Assembly (NCBI RefSeq): GCF_006345805.1 | Contig: NC_043007.1 | Coordinates: 53,258,001 to 53,322,000, forward strand | From: Octopus sinensis | Taxonomy: Eukaryota | Reading direction: 5' to 3' | DNA length: 64,000 bases | Shown: positions 12,951 through 24,429 of the stretch, in pieces | How positions within the stretch are numbered: position 1 is the stretch's first letter | Layout of the letters: every line of letters begins with the position of its first letter | Translations under genes and position numbers: made by a program | Notes under the pieces: generated by a model | Databases searched by the model: none | Seen by the model: the letters and a program-made list of their open reading frames with translations, nothing else | Told to the model about the DNA's origin: nothing

Positions 12951-13517
12951 TGTTATTTTGTGTATTGCCGTTCCTGTGAATATTGGTTTCATTTTTATTG
13001 ATGTTGTACTATGTTCCAAAACCGAAAGATCGCGTAACACAAAAATAAAATAAAAAAAAAAAGAAAAGTAAAGAAACTGTTGATTATTTTATGCGTCGAT
13101 AGTTTTGCAGAGGAGGGGAAAATAGCTTCTATACAAATTTGATTGGACGATTAGTATCGTTGCTTAAGGATCCTTTTTACTGAGGATAATTCTTTTCTCC
13201 AACACCGGTCATATTATGCACGGGAAGAAATTGTTAAAATCACCGGTATTTTGAAGACAGGCATTGCTTATATATTTGCTTCTTTTTCGATGTCACTTTA
13301 ACTTTATCCAAAATCTTATTTTTTCATGGTCTATATTTCTGTATTAGCATTTTTATATTTCACTAAGCAGTCATCACATGAACAAGTTCAACTCTACGCC
13401 ATGCTAAATATTGACTCTTAGAACAGCTTTTGACTTCAGCATGGATACATTCGAACAGTCGAGAAATTCATGGATTAAAAAAGGTACCATATTCCCTTCT
13501 ATTATCATTTTCATTAT

Positions 13518-14067
13518 AAGCGATTTTATGACGAGGGAATTTCTTTTGAAGTTACCGAAGCATTGATGTACATGTGTGTGTGTGTGTGTGTGTGCGCGCG
13601 CGCGTGTGTGTGTTTGATGGGGTGTGGGAGACAGACAGTATGTTGTGTAAGTGAAGTGCTTCTGTTAGTGTGTGCGAAGAGACAGAGAGAGTAATGTGTG
13701 AAAGAGAGAGATAACTGAAATTTTTTACTCGGTGTATGTGTATATGCATGTATGTGTGTATGGCCGATTCAGTGTACACTGAATCGGCCATACATACATA
13801 TATACACACACACATACATAGATACATACACACACACACATACATGCATACATACATATACACATACACCGATTAAAAAATTTCAGTTATCTCTCTCTTT
13901 CACACATTACTCTCTCTGTCTCTTCACACACACTAACAGAAGCACTTCACTAACACAACATACTGTCTGTCTCCCACACCCCATCAAACACACGCGCGCA
14001 CACACACACACATGTACATCAATGCTTCGGTAACTTCAAAAGAAATTCCCTCGTCATAAAATCGCTT
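13518..14067. repeat. About 550-bp fold-back palindrome with a spacer-less 38-bp core
   Basis: Arms aagcgattttatgacgaggg... / ...ccctcgtcataaaatcgctt are near-identical except in microsatellite length. 13757-13794 is a perfect palindrome centred on agtgt|acact. Confidence 0.95.
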
Positions 14068-14859
14068 TCTCTTAGTCTCTTTCGCTCTCATTACTTCAAA
14101 TGTTCCCGCAAGCCCATATGTAAAAAAATAAAAGTTTTTTACGGAAATCATCGACGGAAACGTGCTACTACAAACGAAAGATCGACCAAGATAAATTAGT
14201 ACTTGTATTATTAAATGTGTTGAAAACTAATCCGTGCTGCTTCACATCTTGACGCCCTCATAAGTTAGATAAAAATATTTATTGCAGTAAATATGTGCAG
14301 TAAAATGCTTGTTTGAATGTTTCCTTATCTGCAATGACCCATTGAGAAATTATTTTCTTCCTAATGTGATTTACACAACACATGTTTAACATGTTTAATA
14401 TATATACTGTAACCTACTCTCCCTAATCGTACAGTTACTTCAGTGTTATCTTGTAACTAAACAGTTTTCATCAGGTTACTATGGTGAACTTTCACTTTAA
14501 GGACTTTAAGTGCATGTTTGGAAATGAAAAAAATGAAACCAGGAATATACAAAAATAGGCGTGGCAAAGGAAACCAAAAGTTAATGCTTAAAATAGGTTA
14601 TTAAACGTCAATTTAATAGTTTTGGGCGATATTTCTGAGAAATGGTGTCAAAACTAAAAGTATTTGGCAATTTCCGTGAAGCTTTTTTATATTTCTTTAT
14701 TCTTTTTCAGTTGAATAGCGTATGTTTATGTATTTTTTGTGTATTTATGGGCATCCCTACAGTGAAAGAATATCTCACAGATGTGTATTCCGCCGACTTT
14801 GTTTCCTCATAACATCCGGAAAAATGGATATATTCTAATGGTGTAGATTCTCATTATAT

Positions 14860-15240
14860 TGGAATTTATTGTGAAACAGTTGTATGGTTTGAACTAAGCT
14901 TTATTACCAATTCTTCAACTGATAATGCAGGATTTTCTTCAAGTAATGCCTCAAGGAGCTTATCATCAAACTCAACTGGACGTCCTGTTCAATCTTCATC
15001 TTCAAGGCTGAAACGTCCACTTCTGAATTTTGCAAACCACCTTCTGCAGGTTCTTTCATTCAAGCATTCTTTCCCATAAACTGAGTGCATGTTTCGAGTC
15101 GCTTTGGCTGCAGAGTTTCCCTTTTTGTACTCATAAAGCATTATGTGTCTTAACTGCTCTTTGACACTCTAAAATACTATTAAATTTCATTCAATTTTAA
15201 AAAAGGTAAAATCGAACAGAACTTATGAGATGACCTGATA
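14860..15240 (-). mobile_element. Mariner remnant (cecropia/Hsmar1-like N-terminus) with one TIR
   Basis: Minus strand TA-tcaggtcatctcataagttctgttcg TIR, then HIMLYEYKKGNSAAKATRNMHSVYGKECLNERTCRRWFAKFRSG...GRPVEFDD. Confidence 0.8.
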
Positions 15241-15899
15241 GATCTGCAATCTGTCATCCATTTTCTTTGAACAATGGCCTTGTCTTGTACCTTACTAAAG
15301 CAGACACTTTTGCAAATCTATAGAAAGCTTTGCAGTTTGTCTTCACTAGTATAAGGGGCATACAGTAGTGATGTGTAAATCATAATGTAAAAAAGTACAA
15401 AAGTGGTGTATGAACTATATTGTAAAGAAACCAAAGTGGATGTGTGAATGACTGACATGGTGTTTATCAAGTGTTTATATGTGAGAGCCTGTGTGAGGGC
15501 AGAGAACAGAGGAGGGCTGAAAATGCAAAGAGAATGTAGATAAGATAAGGTAACAGGTAGACATATGAATGATTCCAGAGATAATTAGGGAATACAGAGT
15601 GTTATCCAGTGTGTGGTTTGAAGGATTGTAGAAGGAACCTCGTTTAGGATGTTAATTTTTTCTGCTTAGCAGAGATAGCACTTGTTGCCAGAGCAGTTTC
15701 TATAACATACTGTAATAACTATGCTTATTAAACTCTGAATGTATTTCTAGAGTTGTAGTAGATTATTTTGTCTCATCTGAAAGTGTGTGTATGCTGAGTA
15801 TACCTCAGTTTAAATGTATTCCCAATAAGGTTTATTTATTTTTCTATGCATTAATACCTCATCATAGTACTCCTCTTATATTTTCATCTTTGTTTGTTC

Positions 15900-16078
15900 G
15901 TCAAACTATCCAACCCATGCATGCCACATGGAAAGCAAACGTTAAACAATGATGATGATGATGTAAATAAAAAAGGTTATACTACACACCTTTATGTGTA
16001 GTATAACCTTTTTTATTTACATCATCATCATCATTGTTTAACTTTGCTTTCCATGCGGCATGGGTTGGATAGTTTGAC
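15900..16078. repeat. 179-bp hairpin duplicating an RTE 3' tail plus its flank
   Basis: Arms 15900-15988 and 15995-16078, loop ccttta. Confidence 0.95.
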
Positions 16079-18735
16079 TGAGGGTTGGCAAGCTAGTCAT
16101 GCAGCACTGGCATTGACCACACTCAAATGGTGCTTTTTTATGTGCTAATGGCATGGGACCAGTCAGGTGGCACTGGCATCAACCATGCTCAAATGGTGCT
16201 TTTTACGTGCTAATCAGGTGGCATTTTCATCGGCCATGACAACGACTTCACTTGATTCAACAGGTCTTCGCAAGCACAGTTTATTGCCCAATGATTGAAG
16301 GGTACTCTTAAATGGGCCAGTTATGCTGCACTGGCATAGGCCACTGTTATGGTCAAACTTGGCTTGCTGGGTTTTCTCAAGCACAGCACGTCTCTAAAGG
16401 TCTCAGTCACTTGTCATTGCCTCCTTGAGGCCCAACGTTCAAAGGTCATGCTTCACCACCTCATCTCAGGTTTTCCTGGGTCTACCTTTTCCACAGGTTC
16501 CCTCTACTGCTGGGGTGTGACATTTTTTTTCACACAGCTGTCCTCATTTATATGCGACACATGACCATACCAGCACAGTCGTCTCTCTTGCACACTACAT
16601 TTGATGCTTCTTATGTCCAACTTTTCTCTCAGGGCACTTACACTCTGTCGTATATGCATACTGACATTACACACCCAGCAGAGCATACTAGCTTCATTCC
16701 TTGCAAGCTTATGCATGTCTTCAGCAATCATGGCCAATGTTTCACTGCCATGTAGCATGGTTGTTCGCACACATGCGTCATACAGTCTACCTTTTACTCT
16801 GAGCGAGAGGCCCTTTGTCACCAGCAGAGGTAAGAGCTCTCTGAACTTTGCCCAGACTATTCTTATTCTTGCTGCTACATTCTCAGAGCATCGACCCCCG
16901 CCACTGACTTGGTCATCTAAGTAATGGAAGCTAACAACTGCTTGTACGTTTTCTCCCTGGCATGTGACAGAAGCTGTTTTCTGCACATTTTCAGTGTTTA
17001 TTGCACCTGAGCATTTACCACACACAAAATCTATCTTCCCAGTTAGCCTCCCTTTGATATTACTGCACCTCTTGTGTGTCCATAGCTTATACTGGGTATA
17101 TCTTATGGAGTTTCTACCTACACCTTTTCTACAGGTCGAGCAGGGCCATCTATTTGAAGAGATTTGTGATTTGTCTGCCTTCTTACTTATTAAGACTTTG
17201 GTTTTTGCTAGATATGGAAGCAAGGTCTAGAATTGTGATTTTCATTAAATGATTCAACAACTTGATAGCTCTGTAATTATTCATATCTAATGCATCATCT
17301 TTACTTTTGTAGCAGTTGACTGTGGTGCTGCTACACCAGTCATTGGGTATGACTCCTACATATATCGGCTGGTTAACTATACGAGTGACTAGACAATAGC
17401 CAACACTGCCAGATATTTTAGGCATCTCTGTGGTGATTCCTGATGGGCTGGGTCTTTCCCTGTCTTCATTCCTCTTAATTGCTTTATCTACCAAAGTACT
17501 GTCAATTCAGATAGCTGGTCCCTCTGTTGGGTCGACATTTGGTAGACTCTCTTTCTCCCATTCATTCTCTTCATTTAGCAACCTTTCATAGTGGTGTCTC
17601 CAAGTCTCTCTCTTTGCAGCTTCATTAAATGCAAGTGAGCCATTATCCATGCATACACATTTCTCTCTATGACATCACAATTCTCTCTCACCCACTGTCT
17701 TGCAATATGAAACACTTCAAATCTTTGGTTCTCCAGTGCAGAACATTGACAATTTTTTTTTCGTATCTGCTTCCCCTCTGGCTAAGTAAACCTGTCTCCT
17801 AGCTTCTCTTTTGGCAATCTGATACAATTCCCTGCTACCACTGTTCTTCCAGTCCTTTCATGCTGTTTCTTTTCCCTAATGGCCATGTCAACTACATTGT
17901 TCCACCACCAGGTTACCTTGGGTCAAGAGGGGACTTTGCACCATCCACAAATATCGTCAGTAATCCTCAGCAGGTTGTCCTGCAGAAACCTCCAGTTGTC
18001 TTCCACATCATGTGATGCTATATCCCCCTCTTTTTCTTCAAAAGCTTCAAGTAATACATCTCTAAATCTCTGTCCTTTTGCAGGATCCTTAAGCTTCCAG
18101 ACCCTTCTTCTCCATGCTGGTTGTCTTCTGGGCATCCATTTAGCCCTGATCCTGAAGTCACTAACTACTAAGCTATGTTGTGGGGTGCATTCTTCACCTG
18201 GGAAGGTTTTAGCATTCATAAGTAGCCATCTTTCCTGTTTCCTGGCGAGGAGGTAATCGATTTGACTAGTGTGTCCACCAGATCAGTAAGTGAATATGTG
18301 ACTGGCAGGTTTCCTAAAGTTAGTATTACAAGCCATAAGATCATTTGCATCACAGAACTCCAGCAGCCTGGTTCCCTCCTCTTGTGGGAACCAAAACCAT
18401 AGCCTCCATGTATGCCATGGAAGCCCCCTCACAAAGAGAAGGTCCCTGTCATTCATTGATGAGGTAGTCTGCAAGAGGGTGTCATAAAATCGGTCTTTCT
18501 GTCCATCAGATAATAGTTGCCAATCCATGTTGCAGCAATAATCTAATCTTAAGTATTCTGTCGCAGACTCTGACTACCTTATCAACTTATTTCTCCACAA
18601 GAAGTATACCCATGCCCCTGACCCCATCAGTGTTCCCTGCTCAGAAAATCCTATACCTATGTATAGAACTTCCTCTCCACCTTTACTTCTTGGATGCAGC
18701 ACAAATCTACATGTCTTTGTTGAAGCATCCATCTC
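16020..18735 (-). mobile_element. RTE-clade LINE (family A) with endonuclease remnant and internal RT deletion
   Basis: (CAT)n tail at 16020. ORF pieces read KTKVLIS...WPCSTCRKG, NYRAIKLL, AKTFPGEECTPQHSLVVSDF and CNTNFRKP. Jump at about 17230 removes the RT core. Confidence 0.92.
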
Positions 18736-18989
18736 TGTATTGGTTATTTTTCATTCTTTAATTGTTTTTATTTTATCTTTATTTTTAACTATTACTTTTA
18801 TTTATTTGTGCTTTATATGTATGTGTCTATCAATATAAATATATACACAGATATCATCATTAAACGCCTGGTGTTACCTGTCAATGCATGAAGAATGATA
18901 TTGACTGCATTACCTGAAAACCCATCTAACCCATGCCTACAGATATACATAAAATGATGATAGTTTTCTAAATCATTTCTTTTATTTAG

Positions 18990-19189
18990 ATAATCGTAAA
19001 CATATATCTGAACGTCACAAGGATATGTATGAGGATATTTTAGATGACAGGCGGTCTTCTAGTGATTTTCGATGGGCCACAAGAACTAGGGAAGACATTC
19101 CTGTTTACTGTTTCAATAAATCACGCAGCTCAGCTGATATTAAAAAGGATGTTTTAAAAAGTAAACGAGTTCAGTATATATTGGAAAAG
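18990..19189 (+). CDS. GNPAT: GNPAT exon, N-terminal region (first recognisable exon; may begin as UTR with ATG at 19025)
   Basis: tttatttag| acceptor and AAG|gtatgt donor. Translation ...MYEDILDDRRSSSDFRWATRT...DIKKDVLKSKRVQYILEK resembles the vertebrate GNPAT segment FEDILEERRHVSDLKFAMK...DIKCSVLNSEEIHYVIKQ (recalled, not searched). Confidence 0.85.
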
Positions 19190-19349
19190 GTATGTTGTTT
19201 TGAATTTATATTTTGTTTTATGTATATTGTGACAATATTTCCATATTTTTTCTTCTTTATAACTTCATATTTGCTGTTCAGTATTAGATTAGCCGAAAGA
19301 AAATCCAATAGATTTACATAACTTTTCTAACACGAGAATTTTGTTTCAG

Positions 19350-19480
19350 TCATTAGACTGTGACCGTGTTGGGGTACCACCTTGAAGAATTTTTAGTTGT
19401 ATGAATTGACCCCTTTTTTTAAGCCTGGTATTTGTTATATTGGTTTCTTTTGCCAAACTGCTAAGTTACAGGGATGTATG
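19350..19480 (-). mobile_element. SINE 3' fragment with CR1-like tail
   Basis: cagtcattagactgtgaccgtgttggggtaccacc...ctgctaagttacagggatgta; similar to the SINE body at 1-63 and to the CR1 tail. Confidence 0.6.
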
Positions 19481-20035
19481 AGGTAGTATCAAAAAATTCA
19501 CAAACTAGTTAGGTTTAATAGAAAATAACTTATTTACCTAAGTTTTAACATCATCTTCTTCAAAATAGTTGCCTTGTGCAGCAATACACTGGTCCCAGTA
19601 TTCCTGCTACTTTTGGAATCTGGTATGGAAGTCATTTTCTGTAAGTGAGACAAGGACCTTTCGTGATTTGTTCTTGATCTTGATAACGCTGTTAAAAAGT
19701 GATCTTTGAGTTGTATTTTCATCTTGGGGAAGAGACGGAAGTCTGCAAGTGCTGAATCTGGTGAATTGGGCGAGTGTGGAAATAATACCATGTTGTTTTT
19801 AGTGAGAAACTCATGAGCAATGAGCTTGGTGTCAGGGTATATTGTCATCATGAAGAATCCAATTCTTTGTGCTCCACATATCTGGTTACTTTTGCCAAAT
19901 GCTCTCCCTTCAGTACTTCAAAATGTTGCAGTAGAACGTTTGATTGACAGTCTAGTCCTGGGTTAGAAATTTCCAATGCACAATACTGTGAATGCCAAAA
20001 AAAAAAAACATTGAGTATGCTCTTGATCAAGGTGC
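19478..20035 (-). mobile_element. Mariner 3' remnant, truncated by an RTE insertion
   Basis: FPHSPNSPDSALADFRLFPKMK (decayed YSPDLAPxD) ...CIAAQGNYFEED, and a TIR-like end tatgaggtagtatcaaaaaattc. Confidence 0.8.
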
Positions 20036-20054
20036 AACTCTAACATGCCTTCTT

Positions 20055-21690
20055 TGGTCGTGGAGATGAATGGTTAGTGAGAGCTGTGCGAGCCATGTAC
20101 AGAGACGGTGCTAGTAAGGTGAGGGTTGGCAACGAGTACAGTGAAGAATTCCGGGTAGAGGTTGGGGTCCACCAAGGTTCAGTCCTTAGTCCCCTCCTAT
20201 TTATCATAGTCCTCCAGGCAATAACGGAGGAATTCAAGACAGGATGCCCCTGGGAGCTCCTCTATGCTGATGACCTTGCTCTAATTGCTGAGTCACTATC
20301 AGAACTGGAGGAGAAGTTTCAGGTGTGGAAACAAGGATTAGAATCGAAGGGCCTTAGAATCAACCTAGCCAAAACCAAAGTCCTAATAAGTAGGAAGGTG
20401 GACCAATCACAAATGACTTCAGGTAGATGGCCCTGCTCGATCTGTAAAAAAAGGTGTAGGTAGAAACTCTATAAGGTGCACCAAGTGTAAGCTATGGACA
20501 CATAAGAGGTGCAGCAATGTCAAAGGAAGGCTAACTAGGAAAATAGTTTTTGTCTGCGGCAGATGCTCAGGAGCAATAAACACTGGAAATGTGCAGAGAC
20601 CAACTTCTATCACGTTCCAGGGAGACAAACTAGAAGTAGTTGATAGCTTCCGCTACCTAGGTGACCAAGTCAGTAGCGGGGGTGGGTGTGCTGAAAGTGT
20701 AATGGCTAGAGTAAGAATAGCCTGGGCAAAGTTTAGAGAGCTCTTACCCCTGCTGGTGACAAAAGGCAGACTGTATGATGCATGTATACGTACAGCCATG
20801 CTACATGGGCCGTGACTGCTGAGGATATGCGTAAGCTCGCAAGAAATGAAGCCAGTATGCTCCGATGGATGTGTAATGTCAGTGTTCATAATCGACAGAG
20901 TGTAAGTACCTTGAGAGAAAAGTTGAACCTAAGAAGCATCAGTTGTGGTGTGCAAGAGAGACGGCTGCACTGGTATGGTCATGTGACGAGAATGGCTGAA
21001 GATAGTTGTGTGCAAAAGTGCTACACCCTAGCAGTTGAGGGAAGAGGTAGACCCAGGAAAACCTGGGACGAGGTGGTGAAGCACGACCTTTGAACTTTAG
21101 GTCTCACCAAGGAAATGACTAGAGACCGAGACCTATGGAAGTATGCTGTGTGTGAGAAGACCTGGCAAGACTAGTGAGGCCATAACCCGTGGCCCCTACC
21201 TGGGACATAGTCAGTCCACCTGTGCATACCTTCCTTCTTGTGACACTTGTGAAGACCTGTTGAGGCAAGTGAAAATCGAACCAAATCAAAATAGATGAAC
21301 ATCAATGGAATTTGTATCTTTGTGGGACCAGTGCCGGTGACACATAAGAAAACCATCCGAACGTGGCCGTAGCCAGTACCGCATCGACTGGCCTCCGTGC
21401 TGTGAGCACGTAACAAACACCATCCGATCGTGGCCGTTCGCCAGCCTCGTCTGGCACCTGTGTCGGTGGCACATAAAAAACACCATCCAAGCGTGGCCGT
21501 TCGCCAGCTTCGTCTGGCACCTGTGTCGGTGGCACATAAAAAACACCATCCGAGCGTGGCTGTCTGCCAGCCTCGTCTGGCACCTGTGTCGGTGGCACAT
21601 AAAAAACACCATCCGAGCGTGGCCGTTCGCCAGCCTCGTCTGGCACCAGCCTCGTCTGGCACCTGTGTCGGTGGCACATAAAATCAAATT
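20055..21690 (+). mobile_element. RTE-clade LINE (family A), 5'-truncated, relatively young
   Basis: ORF 20077-20463 has GVHQGSVLSPLLF...LLYADDL; C-terminus ...GRGRPRKTWDEVVKHDL; 63-bp 3' UTR array; usual terminal tail missing. Confidence 0.95.
21414..21680 (+). repeat. 63-bp minisatellite, about 4 near-identical units, in the RTE 3' UTR
   Basis: catcc recurs at 21421, 21484, 21547 and 21610. Unit: aaaaaacaccatccgagcgtggccgttcgccagcctcgtctggcacctgtgtcggtggcacat. Confidence 0.95.
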
Positions 21691-22587
21691 GCATATATCT
21701 GTCACGTAAATAAGCTTGAATATTTCACAGAATTGCACTTATGCGCATGTATTAAGTGATAGGTGATATAAAAAACTTAATTCAATTAAAGTAAAATACA
21801 CTTTTCACTATCTAATTACCACCATCACTACCTCTCTCTCTCCCATCTCTCCCTCTTCTCTCTCACTCTTCTCTTTTCCCCCTCTCTCTTTCTCTCCCCT
21901 CTCCACCTTTCTTTAACCTCACCATCAGAACATCACCCCTCTGCTAAAATTATATTTTTAACTCTTCCTCTACCTTCAACTAACTTTTTTAACCACGTAA
22001 TAAATATTACGCTCCCCCTACCTCATGTCATGGGCGCTTCTCCCTCCCTCTTTTTCTTTCTTCCTCTTTCTGTCTCAGTCTTCGCCTTATCCTCTTTTTC
22101 TCTTTCCCTTCAACTAATGTGAAAATGTTACAATTACATTCCCTCTACCTCATGTCATGGACGTTTCTCCCTCCCTCTTTTTAATCATGTGAAATTGTTA
22201 ATGACAGGCTAAGTAACACAGTGACAAGCAGAATTATTATAAGATGTGCTGATAGAACTTGTATAGTTAGTGCTATTGATATATGACATAACATTTTGAG
22301 TTCATATATACTAATATAACCAAGAGTGGTTAGTCAAGCAAAGCTTAATTAAATAGAATAGGCTTACTTGGAAGTTGAAAATTTAATTGAATTGGTCTTT
22401 TCAAAGGTTTGCTTTAATTATCATAATCTTGCAGATGAGATGATGCAGAAGCAAATGTAGAAAATATCCAAAATTCTGTTGGTTGATCTATTCTTAATAA
22501 GTACAGTGTAAAAATATAAAATGGAAATGTAAAACTTTTGTCAGAAATAAACTTGCTTTTTCTTGTTTTTTTTTTAAATTCTCACAG

Positions 22588-22764
22588 TTGTCTCAGGAAT
22601 CTGGAACTTCAGTTGCAGAACTTACAAATCAAGCTGCTGTTATTTTAGATGAAATGGCTCATAACATTAATATGGTTTCTATTCGGAGTTTTGCTTTCTT
22701 TCTTGTAAAAGTGTTCAAGCAACTCTTTTCTCATATATATGTTAATGAAGATGGTGTTCAACAG
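22588..22764 (+). CDS. GNPAT: GNPAT exon (177 nt, phase 0-0)
   Basis: ctcacag| ... CAG|gtaaaa. Encodes LSQESGTSVAELTNQAAVILDEMAHNINMVSIRSFAFFLVKVFKQLFSHIYVNEDGVQQ, matching GNPAT ILDEMSH...VFKQIFSKVCVNEEGIQK. In frame with the previous exon. Confidence 0.92.
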
Positions 22765-23300
22765 GTAAAAAAAACACATAAAATTTCCACTTGATAAAAT
22801 CTTTTCTTTGAATTGTTGATTAAATAATTGTAAATGTGTGTTAATTTATATGAGGGTTATATTTCTCACTGATTTGAAGAATTGTAAAGTCACTTGAATA
22901 TTTCTTATATGAAAAACAAAATGATATTGCCAACAAAAACATCAATTACAGTGTAACCTATATTCAATATAGAATGGTTTTTAGCATTTCCAAAAATGTT
23001 TGCATTCTGTCTGTTTTCAGTTTGCAGCCATCTCTTGAAACTAGATATCAAAGATTTGATTTCATTAAGCCAATTTTAGGTGACTCATTCATAACTTTTT
23101 CTTGTGTCTCCGACCCTCAGGTCTTGCACTAATCACTGTCTCCAGGCCTTCCTTTCCAAAATATCATCCCTCTGAAATTCTCTTCCTGGGCATATCTTTT
23201 CTGCAGGTGTCAACTTACAAAGGCTTGAGAAGTCTAAGAGAACCTGTGAACTCTCTTCTAGACCTTCAAACCTAGCAAGTAAAATAGTTCTATGCCCATT

Positions 23301-23400
23301 GGCATATGGTGTAGTGGTTAAGAGCACGGGCTACTAACCCCAAGATTCCAAATTCGATTCCAGACAGTGACCTGAATAATAATAATGATAATAATAATAA
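23301..23400 (+). mobile_element. Very short tRNA-derived SINE with (AAT)n tail
   Basis: A box TGGTGTAGTGG, B-box-like AATTCGATTCC, about 75 bp plus (AAT)n; no intact cloverleaf. Confidence 0.7.
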
Positions 23401-24149
23401 AGTTTGAGTGCAAGCCTTGTCAGCGGCTGGACGTGTTCCTCGCTGCTCTGACCATTCAGTAGCCGAAAGCCATAGAAACACTAATATGACCCAGTGGGAC
23501 AACGGGTAAAAAAACTCTCATAGACTGTGAGTATTTAAAATTCCCTTCAAAATAAGTAAAGAAATTTACATATCTACAGTTTTCAAACACACAAACGATC
23601 AGCTTTAAAAACTTTAATATCCACAGCTGCTGTGAATACTCATCCTTCCTTCTGTAAACATCCTTTTATTTTTCTTCTTTCTAAAATCATCACAAATTTC
23701 TTTGTGTGGACTTAGAAAAGACTATCTTTGGTGAATCTTAAAACTTTCTGTGAAAATTTGACTTTTCTTTCTTTCCTCCCTGTAAGCATCCATTTTATTG
23801 CAAAAACACAACTGTTTTCTCTAACTGGACATACAAACAAACATCTCTAGAAAAGTCAACTTCAATCTCTGCAATATTACCTTTATTTTCTCCCTGACTA
23901 CCCGGAGTGTGCAAACATGCCTTTTATTGCAATAACAGAAATACACGTGGAAAAAATAATAATAATGATACTAATAATAGATTCTCTCTGGTTGAACACG
24001 ATTTCTCTATTCACAAATAATACAGAACAGAGTAAGTCGGCCCTTCCTTAATTTTTCTTACGGTCAAGGTCACTGTTCGCTGCTAGTAAGTAGTAGTAGA
24101 CATTTGAACTCTTTAAAAAAATAAGTAAATAAAATAAAATTACATGAGC

Positions 24150-24365
24150 CACACTTACTGCTGCTGCTGCTACTACTGCTGCTGCAGCTACTACTACTGC
24201 TGCTGCTGCTGCTGCCACTACTACTACTGCTACCATTGCTACTACTACTATTGCTGCTGCTGTTGTTGCTTCTGCCATTACTACTGCTATTACCACTGCC
24301 GCTGCTACTGCTGATAATGATTTTTCTGCTGATACTACAACTACTGCTGCTGCTAATGATGATAA
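24150..24365. repeat. Mixed (GCT/ACT)n trinucleotide low-complexity tract
   Basis: Direct reading of the sequence. Confidence 0.9.
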
Positions 24366-24429
24366 ATGCGGCCCCTGTATGAAGATTAGTAGTTAAAAAT
24401 AAATAAATAGATATTTTTAAAAAAAATGA

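Noticed and set aside
13217-13246. Candidate GNPAT first exon ATGCACGGG...TCACCG|gtattt
   Set aside because: Ends in phase 0, while the next exon needs phase 1 if its 5' part is coding; no homology support.
21414-21680. CRISPR-like regular repeat
   Set aside because: Units are contiguous tandem copies with no unique spacers, lie in a LINE 3' UTR, and no cas genes are present.
23301-23375. Possible tRNA-Ser(ACT) gene
   Set aside because: Acceptor and T stems do not pair, and it runs directly into (AAT)n; better explained as a SINE.
24048-24296. Poly-Ala/Val membrane-like ORF
   Set aside because: Antisense reading of a (GCT/ACT)n tract with no splice or homology support.
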